Part shown: positions 20,891-31,988 of the stretch, in pieces
Position numbering within the stretch: position 1 is the first letter of the stretch
How the letters are laid out: every line of letters begins with the position of its first letter
Sequence record: SRR22947725_558
Reading direction: 5' to 3' (one strand)
Length of the DNA stretch: 46,542 bases
Made by a program: the position numbers and the translations under genes
The notes under the pieces: generated by a model
The model's database searches: none
Seen by the model: only the letters and a program-made list of their open reading frames with translations
What the model was told of the DNA's origin: nothing

Positions 20891-22702
20891 ATGGACGGAC
20901 AAAATAAAAATCTTATTTTCGCAACAGTTCTTAGTTTTTTTGTAATTCTAACCTGGTTTTTTCTTTTTCCTCCTGAAGAGCTTCCTCAGGATATAGATAA
21001 TACAATAGAGCTGACCTCGGATATAAATAATAGTGGCCTATTACCACCAGTAGTGAATACGATATCAAACAACTCAAAAACAGTAGCTGGCCTTCATAAT
21101 TCAAAAGGAGCTCCAGCTCCAAGAGTAGAGATTTCCACACCAAACTTGAGTGGTTCTATATCTCTCCTAGGTGGAAGAATAGATCAGCTAGAACTTAAAA
21201 ACTACTATGAAACCTTAGAAAAAAAGAAAAACGTCGCCCTCTTATCTCCCACAGACAGTTCTAATGCGTATTACGCGCTATTTGGATGGACGCCCGGATC
21301 AACGAATCTAAACTATGACCAGGTTCCTGGTCCCACGACTCTGTGGGGAATAGAGAGAGGAAGTAGTATTGGGCCTAATAGTCCTGTAATTTTAAAGTGG
21401 GAAAATAATCAAGGGTTAGTTTTTCGCAGAAAAATTTCTGTAGATGAAAACTTTATGTTTTCAATAGAACAATCCGTTGAAAATAAATCATCTAAAAATT
21501 TCGACCTTCAGCCTTATGGTATAATAGCAAGACACGGTGAACCAGATGTTATTGGCTTTTTCATTCTACACGAGGGTGTTGTGTCAATGACAGACGGCGA
21601 GTTAGATGAGGTCGATTATGATGACATGCCAGATTTTAAGTTTTTGCCTAGGGAAGCGGCAAACACTAATATTTCAAAAGTATCTGAAAACGGTTGGATT
21701 GGGTTTACAGATAAATATTGGATGACTGCCCTTATTCCAACGCCCGGCACTCCTTTCACCTCAGTTGCTAAATATGTACCTAGCGCAGAGGTGTACCAAA
21801 CAGAAACTAGGTTAAAACTTGTAAACGTTGCACCTGGCAACACAAAAACAATTTCTACTAAACTGTTCGCTGGAGCAAAAGAGTGGGCCACAATTAAAAA
21901 TTATGAAAATGAAGGTATAAATGGGTTTTTAGACTCAATTGACTGGGGAATGTTCTTTTTCCTAACCAAACCAATCTTTGCCGTATTATATTGGCTAAAT
22001 AGTTTTATTGGGAATATGGGTTTTTCAATTATTGCTCTAACATTCTTGATTAAAGCCCTTCTTCTTCCTCTGGCTTATAAATCATATGTTTCGATGGCTA
22101 AAATGAAAAATCTACAGCCTGAGATGGAAAAAATTAAAGCAAAGACAGGCGACGACAAGAAAAAACTTCAAGTCGAAATGATGGCTCTATACAAAAAAGA
22201 AAAAGTAAACCCTGCTGCTGGTTGTTTACCAATCCTATTACAAATCCCTATCTTTTTCTCGCTATATAAAGTTATTTTTGTAACCATAGAACTACGACAC
22301 GAGGCTTGGGTTGGATGGATTAAAGACTTAAGTGCACCTGATCCATCATCCATCCTTAATTTATTTGGACTTTTACCCTGGGGCACACCTGAAGTTGGTA
22401 CAATTTTTGCATTAGTATCTATTGGTGTTCTCCCTATTCTCTTAGGCATATCAATGTGGCTTCAGCAAAAGTTAAACCCTGCTCCAACAGATGCAACTCA
22501 GGCAATGATATTTGCTTGGATGCCATGGGTTTTCATGTTTATGCTGGGAAGTTTTGCAAGTGGCTTAGTAGTTTACTGGATTGCCAACAATGTTATGACC
22601 TTTGGCCAGCAATATGCAATAATGCGAAGCCAGGGCTATACGCCTGATCTCTTTGGGAATATTAAATCTAGCCTCAAAAGAAAAAAGTCAGAAAAAAAAT
22701 GA
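20891..22702 (+). CDS. yidC: Membrane protein insertase
   Basis: N-terminal TM, large periplasmic domain, NPAAGCLPILLQIPIFF, GLVVYW. Confidence 0.97.
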   Translation: MDGQNKNLIFATVLSFFVILTWFFLFPPEELPQDIDNTIELTSDINNSGLLPPVVNTISNNSKTVAGLHNSKGAPAPRVEISTPNLSGSISLLGGRIDQLELKNYYETLEKKKNVALLSPTDSSNAYYALFGWTPGSTNLNYDQVPGPTTLWGIERGSSIGPNSPVILKWENNQGLVFRRKISVDENFMFSIEQSVENKSSKNFDLQPYGIIARHGEPDVIGFFILHEGVVSMTDGELDEVDYDDMPDFKFLPREAANTNISKVSENGWIGFTDKYWMTALIPTPGTPFTSVAKYVPSAEVYQTETRLKLVNVAPGNTKTISTKLFAGAKEWATIKNYENEGINGFLDSIDWGMFFFLTKPIFAVLYWLNSFIGNMGFSIIALTFLIKALLLPLAYKSYVSMAKMKNLQPEMEKIKAKTGDDKKKLQVEMMALYKKEKVNPAAGCLPILLQIPIFFSLYKVIFVTIELRHEAWVGWIKDLSAPDPSSILNLFGLLPWGTPEVGTIFALVSIGVLPILLGISMWLQQKLNPAPTDATQAMIFAWMPWVFMFMLGSFASGLVVYWIANNVMTFGQQYAIMRSQGYTPDLFGNIKSSLKRKKSEKK

Positions 22703-23442
22703 AGCCTATATTAAAGCATATATGGAGGCATCCAATTAAAAGCCATGGCAGAGAGGAACTTACAAGTATAGAACTGAGTAAAGATAAAACCCTACCCTGG
22801 GACCGTTGTTGGGCTATTGCACATGAAACGTCAAAAGCAAATAATAGCTCTTGGGCCGAGTGTGTAAACTTTTCTAGAGGATCAAAGGCGCCTAAATTAA
22901 TGGCGATAAATGCTTCTTTAAATGAGTCTAACGAAGAGGTCACTTTAAGTCATCCAGAGTTAGAATCAGTAACTATTCATCCAGAAAAAAATGCAGACAA
23001 GTTAATAAAGTGGGTTTATCCAATAATGCCAGAAAATAGATCAAAATCAGAGAAGGTTGTTCGAGTTTTAGGTCGGGGTATGACAGATACGGATTATCCT
23101 TCAATATCCCTTAACAGTATTACCAGTCACCAAGCCGTTGAAAATAAATTCGGCGAAAAACTAGATATTAGAAGATGGCGCGGGAATTTGTGGTTAGATG
23201 GTTTAGATCCATGGGAAGAATTAAATTGGATAGGAAAAACTATTTCAATAGGTGAATGCAAAATAAAAGTTCGAGAGCGTATAGTTAGATGTTTAGCTAC
23301 AACAGCAAACCCTGTAACTGGCGAACGAGACGTTGATACTTTGTCGATCCTGGAAACCTGGGGTCATAAAGACTTTGGAGTTTATGGCCAGGTTCTAGAG
23401 CCTGGTAAAATCATGGTTGGTGATACCATTTCAGTATTGTAG
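22699..23442 (+). CDS. MOSC domain protein
   Basis: RHPIKSHG, WDRCWA, RWRGN, RCLATT. Confidence 0.9.
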   Translation: MKPILKHIWRHPIKSHGREELTSIELSKDKTLPWDRCWAIAHETSKANNSSWAECVNFSRGSKAPKLMAINASLNESNEEVTLSHPELESVTIHPEKNADKLIKWVYPIMPENRSKSEKVVRVLGRGMTDTDYPSISLNSITSHQAVENKFGEKLDIRRWRGNLWLDGLDPWEELNWIGKTISIGECKIKVRERIVRCLATTANPVTGERDVDTLSILETWGHKDFGVYGQVLEPGKIMVGDTISVL

Positions 23443-23451
23443 TTTGATGGT

Positions 23452-24105
23452 ATGAGTAAATTCACTTTCGAGATATCTAAAGAGCTTTCTAAAGAGACGC
23501 TGGAGGAAGGAAGAAGACTTTTTGCCGGTGAGAACACTTTTCTTAAGGGTGTGGTAGCTATAGAAGGTCTACCACCACCAAATCGAACAGAAATCTGTTT
23601 CGCTGGAAGATCTAATGTAGGAAAATCTAGTTTACTTAATGCTGTGACGGGACGAAAAGCATTGGCTAGAACCTCAAACACGCCAGGAAGAACACAGGAA
23701 ATAAACTTCTTCTCAATAGGCGAAACATTTTACATGGTAGACCTACCCGGCTACGGGTTCGCAGAAGCACCTTTGGCAGTAGTAAAGAAATGGCAAAGTC
23801 TATTAAAACTATATCTATCTGGGAGACAAACCCTGAGACGCGCATTTGTTCTTATAGATGCAAGGCACGGTATAAAAAAGGTGGATCATGAAATCCTCAG
23901 CTCACTAGATAAATCAGCTGTAACATTCCAAATTGTACTTACAAAGACAGATAAAATAAAATCGCCTGACTTTAGCACTTTAATTAAATCAGTATCAGAT
24001 GATTTATCTTTCCATTCAGCTGCGTATCCAGAGATAATTATTACTTCTTCCAATTCAGGCCTAGGGATACCTGATCTACGGTCAGCTATCGCATCACTTG
24101 AGTGA
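23452..24105 (+). CDS. engB: Ribosome biogenesis GTPase YihA/YsxC
   Basis: GRSNVGKSS, TPGRT, DLPGYG, TKTD. Confidence 0.96.
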   Translation: MSKFTFEISKELSKETLEEGRRLFAGENTFLKGVVAIEGLPPPNRTEICFAGRSNVGKSSLLNAVTGRKALARTSNTPGRTQEINFFSIGETFYMVDLPGYGFAEAPLAVVKKWQSLLKLYLSGRQTLRRAFVLIDARHGIKKVDHEILSSLDKSAVTFQIVLTKTDKIKSPDFSTLIKSVSDDLSFHSAAYPEIIITSSNSGLGIPDLRSAIASLE

Positions 24106-24221
24106 AAGAAAAGTTAATAGTATTTTAAGAGATCTACTTAAATATAGTAGAAAACTCTTAATTCTTCTATATATACCAAATATACTATACAAGAAATTTT
24201 CAGTTATTGGGAAACTAACCT

Positions 24222-25085
24222 ATGAAAAAGCAATTAAACCTTAGCCATGACTGGGTGACATCTGCAAAAACCCTCTCTGAGGCACTCCCTTACTTGCAAA
24301 GGTACGATGGTGCCGTAGTTGTAATTAAGCTTGGTGGTCACGCGATGGGTAATGATCAAAATATGGAAGTCTTTGCCCGAGATATCGTTCTCATGCAGCA
24401 AGTTGGTATAAACCCCGTTATAGTGCATGGTGGTGGCCCGATGATAAATGAGATGTTAGGGAAATTAGACATTCAATCAAAATTTATTGATGGAAAGCGG
24501 GTGACAGACGCAGAAACTATTAAAGTAGTGGAAATGGTGCTTTCTGGAAGTATCAATAAAAAAATAGTTCAAGCAATTAATACACAAGGTGGGAAAGGTA
24601 TTGGCCTTTCAGGTAAAGACGCAAACTTACTATATTGCACTCCTGAAGATCCAAAGTTTGGTTTTGTTGGAAAACCAACTAAGGTAGACCCCTTCGTCTT
24701 AAGTGAAATGTTTAAGTCCGGCTTTATTCCAGTCGTTGCTCCAATAGGCTTAGGAGAAGGCGGGGAGACATATAATATTAATGGAGATACCGTAGCTGGT
24801 GCAATAGCAGCAGCATTAAAAGCAGATAGGTTACTGCTTTTAACTGATGTTTCTGGAGTCAAAAATGAAAATGGGGAAGTTATAACGGAACTGTCATCTT
24901 CAGAGATTAAAGCACTAACTGAGAAGGGAATTATCCAAGGGGGTATGATCCCAAAGACTGCCACTGCTCTGGTTGCACTAGAAGGTGGCGCTAGAGCTGT
25001 TGTTATATTAGATGGACGTGCGCCGAATGCGTGTCTGTTAGAGCTTTTCACAGAGCACGGGGCTGGCTCAATAATTCGTTTATAA
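24222..25085 (+). CDS. argB: Acetylglutamate kinase
   Basis: KLGGHAM, VHGGGP, NINGD, LLTDVSG, GGMIPK. Confidence 0.97.
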   Translation: MKKQLNLSHDWVTSAKTLSEALPYLQRYDGAVVVIKLGGHAMGNDQNMEVFARDIVLMQQVGINPVIVHGGGPMINEMLGKLDIQSKFIDGKRVTDAETIKVVEMVLSGSINKKIVQAINTQGGKGIGLSGKDANLLYCTPEDPKFGFVGKPTKVDPFVLSEMFKSGFIPVVAPIGLGEGGETYNINGDTVAGAIAAALKADRLLLLTDVSGVKNENGEVITELSSSEIKALTEKGIIQGGMIPKTATALVALEGGARAVVILDGRAPNACLLELFTEHGAGSIIRL

Positions 25086-25114
25086 ATAAGTAACGTAACC
25101 CAAACAAAGTTTAG

Positions 25115-25762
25115 ATGACTTACGAAGAACTGGATAAATTAGTTAAGAAACAAAAGTTGAAAATCTTAGGTGGTTTTTTTCCAAACAACAATGATGGTAT
25201 ACCTTCAGGAATTAAAACACTAATACTTTTAGGACCTGACGAACCTAATTTCTGGAAACATTTTATATTAAGTCCAGAGTGGAAAAAAGAAGAGATCAAC
25301 CCGCTGGATATGTGGTCTTATAGAGTTATTAATGAAATAGCGAAAAACTTGAATTCATTAGCCTTTTTTCCATTTGGAACACCAGCGCACCCTTTTTTCA
25401 AATGGGCTATTCGTTCAGGTTCTGCGTGGCAAAGTCCAGTGTCTTTATTAGTTCACAAAAATGCTGGATTAATGGTCTCCTATAGGGGAGCGATAGGTTT
25501 ACCCAGAAAAATAACTTTACCCCCCAAAGCACAAAAACCTTGCAATAACTGTAATAAACCATGCCTTAACGCATGTAAGGTTACAGCATTAACGAGTAAA
25601 GGTTACGATGTTGATAAATGCAAAAGTTTTTTAAATAGTATTGAAGGTGCTAAATTTTTATCGCAAGGTTGTAGCGTAAGACTATCATGCCCTATCTCAA
25701 AAAAAATTAAAAGAGACCCAACACAATCTGAGTACCACATGTCTGTTTTTAAAGCATCTTAG
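25115..25762 (+). CDS. Conserved ferredoxin-like (4Fe-4S) protein of unknown function
   Basis: CNNCNKPCLNAC motif plus further Cys (DKC, GCSVRLSCP); follows argB. Confidence 0.75.
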   Translation: MTYEELDKLVKKQKLKILGGFFPNNNDGIPSGIKTLILLGPDEPNFWKHFILSPEWKKEEINPLDMWSYRVINEIAKNLNSLAFFPFGTPAHPFFKWAIRSGSAWQSPVSLLVHKNAGLMVSYRGAIGLPRKITLPPKAQKPCNNCNKPCLNACKVTALTSKGYDVDKCKSFLNSIEGAKFLSQGCSVRLSCPISKKIKRDPTQSEYHMSVFKAS

Positions 25763-25788
25763 GTTAAATATTTACTGGAAAGAAACAA

Positions 25789-27087
25789 ATGACATCAGAT
25801 AAAAAAAATACACTTTTTACCTCATTGACAAATTTAATCGAAATTAGGAGGGAATCGCTAGTAGAGTTAACTCAAGATCTTATCAAAATTCCTACGTTAA
25901 ACCCTCCAGGAGAAAATTATTTAGAAATCTGCGAATATCTAAACAAAAGATTATCTAAAATTGGCTTTGAGACACAAATAATTAGAGCGAAAGGTGCTCC
26001 TGGAGACTCAGACAAATACCCACGATGGAATATTATTGGAAGAAAAGAGGGTAGAAACTCAGGAGAATGCATCCACTTCAATTCTCATACTGACGTTGTT
26101 GAAGTTGGCTTGGGTTGGAAATTTGATCCATTTGGTGGACAGGTTTTTGAAGGAAAGGTCTACGGCCGCGGGGCCTGCGATATGAAAGGTGGCCTGGCGG
26201 CATCAATTATAGCAGTAGAGGCGTTTTTAGAGGCTTGCCCTGAATATAATGGAGCAATTGAAATATCGGGAACTGCAGACGAAGAGACTGGTGGTTATGG
26301 AGGTGTAGCATATTTAGCCGAAAAAGGTTTTTTTTCGCCCCAACGAGTTCAACATGTTATTATACCTGAACCACTTCATAAAGACCGTATATGTCTAGGC
26401 CATCGAGGGGGATGGTGGGCCGAAATAGAGACTTTTGGAGAGATTGCTCACGGAGCCATGCCATTCGCTGGCGATTGTGCCGTGCGCCACATGGGTGAGG
26501 TCTTAAACGAGTTTGAGGAAACTTTATTCCCTAATCTAAAAAAACGAGTTACAGAGATGCCTGTAATACCAGAGGGTGCAAAAAACTCTACCATGAATAT
26601 TAACTCAATCCATGGTGGTCAGGTGGAGCCAGATCCAGAAAGTAATGCGTTGCCATCTCACTGTGTTCCTGACAGCTGTAGAATAATTATTGATCGACGC
26701 TTTCTGATTGAAGAGAACGTGGAAGAAGTCAAAGCAGAAGTAGAAAACTTGTTAGAAGGTATAAAATCGAGAAGGCCAAAATTTACATATGAGGTAACTG
26801 AGTTAAATCGAGTTATACCCAGTATGACAGATAAAAATGCGCCTATAGTAAAATCTATCGCTACTTCTATAGAAAAAGTTATAGGTAAAAGCCCAGATTA
26901 TGTCGCGTCACCTGGTTCTTACGATCAAAAACATATAGATAGGATCGGCACCCTTAAAAACTGCATTGCCTATGGTCCTGGAATTTTAGATCTAGCCCAC
27001 AAACCTGATGAATTTGTTGTCATAGATGATATGGTCGATAGTGCAAAAGTTATGGGAAATTCACTTATAGACCTGTTAACTAGTTAA
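25789..27087 (+). CDS. M20 family ArgE/DapE-like deacylase
   Basis: NSHTDVV, GRGACDMKGG, ADEETGG, AHKPDE. Confidence 0.9.
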   Translation: MTSDKKNTLFTSLTNLIEIRRESLVELTQDLIKIPTLNPPGENYLEICEYLNKRLSKIGFETQIIRAKGAPGDSDKYPRWNIIGRKEGRNSGECIHFNSHTDVVEVGLGWKFDPFGGQVFEGKVYGRGACDMKGGLAASIIAVEAFLEACPEYNGAIEISGTADEETGGYGGVAYLAEKGFFSPQRVQHVIIPEPLHKDRICLGHRGGWWAEIETFGEIAHGAMPFAGDCAVRHMGEVLNEFEETLFPNLKKRVTEMPVIPEGAKNSTMNINSIHGGQVEPDPESNALPSHCVPDSCRIIIDRRFLIEENVEEVKAEVENLLEGIKSRRPKFTYEVTELNRVIPSMTDKNAPIVKSIATSIEKVIGKSPDYVASPGSYDQKHIDRIGTLKNCIAYGPGILDLAHKPDEFVVIDDMVDSAKVMGNSLIDLLTS

Positions 27088-27122
27088 AAACTATTTAAAT
27101 AAAAAAATATACTGGAAAAGCT

Positions 27123-28568
27123 ATGGACATAAATAAACTCTCTTTTAATCCCTCTCTTTGTTTTATAAATGGAAAGTGGATCCATCCTCATAAAGGGAAG
27201 TTCATTGAATTAGTTAACCCTTCTAACGGAAAAATTTTATGCAAAATATCGCGTGGCTCCAGTGAAGACATAGATCATGCGATTATAGCTGCACAAAATA
27301 GTGATTGGGTTAATTCAAGTGCTTTAGAAAGAGGTCGGGTTCTTTTAAAAATGAGCCAAATGGTTTTAAATGAGGTTGAACTACTAGCGGAGCTCGAAGC
27401 AAACGATGTAGGAAAGCCTCTCGCACAAGCGCGCGGTGATGCGATCGCTCTCGCTCGTTATCTAGAGTTTTATGGTGGGGCCGCAGATAAGATACACGGA
27501 GAAACAATCCCTTACTTAAATGGCTATACCGTTTATACCTTACGCGAGCCGCATGGGGTAACAGGCCATATCGTACCTTGGAACTACCCGATGCAAATTA
27601 TAGGTCGTTCAGTAGGGGCCGCTCTAGCCATGGGAAATACAACTGTCCTTAAACCAGCAGAAGAGGCCTGCCTATCTGCATTGGCCTTTGCAGACATAGC
27701 AAGACGAGCTGGTTTACCAAATGGCGCACTAAACGTTGTTCCCGGTCTAGGGCTTGAGGCAGGTGCCTCCTTAGCGTGTCACCCTGGTATTCATCATATT
27801 TCATTCACAGGCTCTGAGGCCGTTGGAATAAAAATCCAAGCAGCAGCTGCTAAAAATGTTGTTCCTGTCACCTTGGAGCTTGGCGGCAAGTCGCCGCAAA
27901 TTGTTTTTGATGATGCGGACGTAGAAGCAGCTCTTCCTTACTTAGTTAACTCAGGAATTCAAAATGCTGGCCAAACTTGCTCTGCAGCCTCCAGAATATT
28001 AATACAAAAAAGTGTTTTTAATAAAGTAAAAGATCTGATGGGTAAAAAATATAGCACTCTTCGTGTAGGGCCAGCCATTGACGATTTAGATCTAGGGCCT
28101 TTAATCTCTAATCGTCAAAAAGAAATAGTTTTGAATTTTCTAGAAGTAGGTAAAAACCTTAAAGTTGTTGCCAAGGGAAGTATTTCTCAGAATGCGCCAG
28201 AAACAGGTTTTTATATTCAACCAACTTTATTTGAAGATGTCCCCTATAATCATAAATTAGCACAGGAAGAGATTTTTGGACCCATACAGGTACTAATACC
28301 TTTTGACACTGAGGAGGAGGCCATTCATATCGCCAATAGCACCTCATTTGGTCTAGTAGCATCTATTTGGACTAACGATGGAGCAAGACAGATGCGGATG
28401 GCTAAAAAATTAAAATGTGGGCAAGTTTTTATTAATAATTATGGGGCTGGTGGAGGCGTAGAATTACCTTTTGGTGGTGTAGGAAAGTCTGGTCATGGTC
28501 GAGAAAAAGGATTTGAAGCTCTTTACGGATTTTCTACCCTAAAAACTATAGCCGCTTTTCACGGGTAA
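27123..28568 (+). CDS. Aldehyde dehydrogenase family protein
   Basis: PWNYP, FTGS, LELGGKSP, AGQTCSA, EEIFGP. Confidence 0.95.
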   Translation: MDINKLSFNPSLCFINGKWIHPHKGKFIELVNPSNGKILCKISRGSSEDIDHAIIAAQNSDWVNSSALERGRVLLKMSQMVLNEVELLAELEANDVGKPLAQARGDAIALARYLEFYGGAADKIHGETIPYLNGYTVYTLREPHGVTGHIVPWNYPMQIIGRSVGAALAMGNTTVLKPAEEACLSALAFADIARRAGLPNGALNVVPGLGLEAGASLACHPGIHHISFTGSEAVGIKIQAAAAKNVVPVTLELGGKSPQIVFDDADVEAALPYLVNSGIQNAGQTCSAASRILIQKSVFNKVKDLMGKKYSTLRVGPAIDDLDLGPLISNRQKEIVLNFLEVGKNLKVVAKGSISQNAPETGFYIQPTLFEDVPYNHKLAQEEIFGPIQVLIPFDTEEEAIHIANSTSFGLVASIWTNDGARQMRMAKKLKCGQVFINNYGAGGGVELPFGGVGKSGHGREKGFEALYGFSTLKTIAAFHG

Positions 28569-28598
28569 CTTTTATAAAAATTTGTTTCAGATCCTAGT

Positions 28599-29387
28599 TT
28601 AATGTCCTAAGATTTGACTAAGGAATAATTTTGTTCGCTCTGATTTTGGATTATTAAAGAACTCTTCTGGTTCATTTTGTTCAACTATTTGACCTTCATC
28701 CATAAAAATAACTCTATCAGCAACCTGTCGAGCAAAGCCCATTTCATGGGACACTACGATCATCGTCATTCCATCATCAGCCAACTCAATCATCGTATCT
28801 AAAACTTCCTTGATCATTTCTGGGTCAAGTGCAGAGGTAGGCTCGTCGAAAAGCATTATTCTAGGCCTCATGCATAAAGATCTGGCAATTGCTACTCGCT
28901 GCTGCTGCCCACCAGATAGTTGCCCAGGGTATTTATCTGCTTGCTCTGGTATCTTAACCTTCTCCAGGAAACCCATCGCAATTTCATCAGCTTCTTTTTT
29001 TGGGGTTTTTCGGACCCACAATGGTGCGAGAGTACAGTTCTCAAGAATTGTTAAATGAGGAAAGAGATTAAAATGCTGAAAAACCATTCCAACTTCTGAT
29101 CTAACCTTGTCAATATTTTTTAAGTCTGAGGTTAATTCAGTGCCATCAACAACGATTTTACCAGATTGATGCTCTTCCAATCTGTTTACACACCGAATGA
29201 GAGTAGACTTTCCAGATCCAGATGGACCTGCTACTACAATTCTTTCTCCACGTTTCACACTTAAATTAATATCACGTAAAACATGAAACGACCCAAACCA
29301 TTTATTCATTTCTGAAATTGCAATAGCATCTTCGTTAGATGATAGCATTTCTGCCCGAGCCAATTTTTCTTTCGATAGTTTTGCCAT
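28599..29387 (-). CDS. bztD: General L-amino acid ABC transporter ATPase (BztD/AapP)
   Basis: [28 protein letters not shown]. Confidence 0.9.
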   Translation of the reverse strand: MAKLSKEKLARAEMLSSNEDAIAISEMNKWFGSFHVLRDINLSVKRGERIVVAGPSGSGKSTLIRCVNRLEEHQSGKIVVDGTELTSDLKNIDKVRSEVGMVFQHFNLFPHLTILENCTLAPLWVRKTPKKEADEIAMGFLEKVKIPEQADKYPGQLSGGQQQRVAIARSLCMRPRIMLFDEPTSALDPEMIKEVLDTMIELADDGMTMIVVSHEMGFARQVADRVIFMDEGQIVEQNEPEEFFNNPKSERTKLFLSQILGH

Positions 29388-29399
29388 TAATGGGTCTCC

Positions 29400-30695
29400 T
29401 TAATTTTCTTTACGAAGCTTTCGCTCCAAATACATTGAGTAACGGGACATTGAGAAACAAAAAACAAAAAAGCATAGGGCTACAAACACGTTTAATTCCC
29501 AGTAAACACCATTCCAACGCATATCTGCAAGAACAACTGTTGTCAGGCCAATAGGGTCAAAAAGACCTATTACAGACACCAATGTTGTATCCTTTAAAAC
29601 ACCAATGAAATTTGATACAATCCCTGGTATTGAAATCTTCAAAGCCTGAGGCATAATGATTAACCTTTGTGCTTTCCAATAAGAAAAACCAAGTGCATTT
29701 GCGGCCTCATATTGCCCACTGTCCAGCCCGGCCAAACCCCCACGCACAACTTCAGCCATATAAGCTGAAGAAAAGAGTGTGACCATTATAACTACTCTCA
29801 TGATGATATCGAAGTTTGTTCCCGGCGGCATGAAAATATTAAGTAATGTTGATGCAACAAATAATAAGGTAATTAAAGGAACTCCCCTTATGAATTCGAT
29901 GAACCATACGCAAAGAACTTTTACAATTAATAAATCAGATTGACGGCCTAAAGCTAAAAATATGCCTATAGGCAAAGAACAAAAAATTGCAGTTAACCCG
30001 ATCGTCAAAGACAATAAAAGTCCGCCAAAATCCCTACTCGGCAAAACCTGAATTTCATAGGGGATCATTTCAGCTAACAGTCCAGAAGCTGGCTCTGTTA
30101 AAAACATCCACCATATAATCGGCACACCTATCGATGAAAGCAATAGAATGACTGCGTTCACTTTTTCTTTTAAAGATCTCCAAACAAAATACCCAAGCAC
30201 TAATCCCAGAAAAGAAAAAATTGGCGGCCAGATGGAGCCACCCCATAAAAGCCAAACTGCCAGAAATGGGAATACTGGACCAAGAAGAAACAGTTTCCTT
30301 GGAACTCTTTCAAATAGTATTGGTGCTATTGTTACTAAAAATAATACAAATACAAGTATGGGTCTCCATAAAATGCTTCTATCATAGAACCCAAAAATAA
30401 ATTGCGGCCAGCGTTCAGTTATTACTCCCCAGCAGGCTCCACTATGATGCCCGGTTAGAGCTGTGTTTATCTCTCGACACTCGTTTAAACTCGTTGCTTT
30501 CCATGTCGGCGTTAATACCCACGGAATAAGGAAACTTAGAAAAGAATAAACAAAGTATAATGATATGATGGTTAAAATACTATTGAACCAACCGTTAAAC
30601 AAATTTTCTCTTGTCCAACCAATAACACCAATAGAAGTAAGGGGTGGTGTTTGTTCAGCCAACATCTCAGATCTAACAAAAGACACATTCCTCAT
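29400..30695 (-). CDS. bztC: Amino acid ABC permease (BztC/AapM)
   Basis: EFIRGVPLI, AYMAEVVRGG, GQYEAA. Confidence 0.9.
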   Translation of the reverse strand: MRNVSFVRSEMLAEQTPPLTSIGVIGWTRENLFNGWFNSILTIISLYFVYSFLSFLIPWVLTPTWKATSLNECREINTALTGHHSGACWGVITERWPQFIFGFYDRSILWRPILVFVLFLVTIAPILFERVPRKLFLLGPVFPFLAVWLLWGGSIWPPIFSFLGLVLGYFVWRSLKEKVNAVILLLSSIGVPIIWWMFLTEPASGLLAEMIPYEIQVLPSRDFGGLLLSLTIGLTAIFCSLPIGIFLALGRQSDLLIVKVLCVWFIEFIRGVPLITLLFVASTLLNIFMPPGTNFDIIMRVVIMVTLFSSAYMAEVVRGGLAGLDSGQYEAANALGFSYWKAQRLIIMPQALKISIPGIVSNFIGVLKDTTLVSVIGLFDPIGLTTVVLADMRWNGVYWELNVFVALCFFVFCFSMSRYSMYLERKLRKEN

Positions 30696-30696
30696 A

Positions 30697-31956
30697 CTAT
30701 CTCTCCACCATATCGTTTCTACGATTGTACCAATTTATCACCGCTGAGATTAAAAGAGAGATAGTTAGGTATATTGACATCCCTAATAAAAGTGTTTCCA
30801 GTTCACGGCCTGTTTGATTCAACGTTATCCCCATAAGAGTACCAGTTAAGTCCATATAACCTACTGCTATAGCTAGTGAAGAGTTTTTAGTCAGATTTAA
30901 GTAGTTAGAGATAAGTGGTGGTACAATAACCCTTAAAGCCTGAGGTAGAATTACTAGAGCCATTATTACGTTAGGTCTAATACCTAGAGCTCCTGCAGCT
31001 TCTGTCTGACCTTTAGAGACAGCCAAGATGCCTGATCTCACAATTTCAGCTATGAATGCTGAAGTATAAAGAGACAGCGCAATCCACAGAGCTATTAGTG
31101 AGTTCCTAAGATGAATTCCTCCCTTAAAATTAAACCCTTTTAATTCAGGATATCCTAAGTAAAAACCCAAATATACCAATAAAAGAATGGTCGGAGTGAA
31201 GATTACTCCTAACCTCAGGTACCAGGTCGTTGGCCTAACCCCAGTCTCTTCTTGAATGCGTTTTGCTCGTGCTTTTATTTTTCCAGAGGCCCAAATACTA
31301 CCGATAAAAATTGCTAAAATTACTATCAAATCTATACTTATATAGAAGCTATTTGAGAAAAAACCCATGTCTCCAAAACCATTAGAGAATAGAGGCTCAG
31401 GGATATAAAAACCCCTGTTAGTCAAAGCTACACTATCAAATAGCTTCATCGTAGCAATTGGGTCTGCCCCCCTAAAATGTTTAGGTACTGGAAAACTATG
31501 TGCCACCATCGACATTATAAGAAGTATCCATAACAGTAGAGGAACATTTCTGAAAATCTCGATATGAACAGTCATTATTCGCGCAACTATCCAATTTTTT
31601 GATAGCCGCGCTATCCCAACAAATACTCCTAAAATTGTAGCAGTAACGCAACCGATTGCGGATAAAACTAAAGTGTTTAGCACACCTAATACAGCCGCAC
31701 GTCCATGAGTAGACCTTGAGTCATATTCAAGAAGTTTTTGATTTATGTCATAATTTGATTCATTTACTAAAAATGAGAAATCTATATCTTTACCTGATAT
31801 TGCCAGATTACTCATGGTATTGTTTACAAGCCACCACACTAAGCTGAAAAAGAATATCAGAGCAATTACTTGAAATGAAGTTGATCTATACCTTGTATCG
31901 TATAGAAGCATCGATAATTCAAAAGTAGGCTTCTTAAAATCTTGATGTTGAGCCAT
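30697..31956 (-). CDS. bztB: Amino acid ABC permease (BztB/AapQ)
   Basis: EIFRNVPLL, AFIAEIVRSG, GQTEAA, KNSSLAIAVGY. Confidence 0.9.
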   Translation of the reverse strand: MAQHQDFKKPTFELSMLLYDTRYRSTSFQVIALIFFFSLVWWLVNNTMSNLAISGKDIDFSFLVNESNYDINQKLLEYDSRSTHGRAAVLGVLNTLVLSAIGCVTATILGVFVGIARLSKNWIVARIMTVHIEIFRNVPLLLWILLIMSMVAHSFPVPKHFRGADPIATMKLFDSVALTNRGFYIPEPLFSNGFGDMGFFSNSFYISIDLIVILAIFIGSIWASGKIKARAKRIQEETGVRPTTWYLRLGVIFTPTILLLVYLGFYLGYPELKGFNFKGGIHLRNSLIALWIALSLYTSAFIAEIVRSGILAVSKGQTEAAGALGIRPNVIMALVILPQALRVIVPPLISNYLNLTKNSSLAIAVGYMDLTGTLMGITLNQTGRELETLLLGMSIYLTISLLISAVINWYNRRNDMVER

Positions 31957-31988
31957 TGGTAAGTTCTATCCAATCTTTTAGTACAACC

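Noticed and set aside
24569..25051. 160-aa minus-strand ORF
   Set aside because: Antisense shadow of argB; the other short ORFs nested in core genes (e.g. 9054-9395, 13606-13920, 17677-18009, 44340-44672, 46171-46494) were rejected for the same reason
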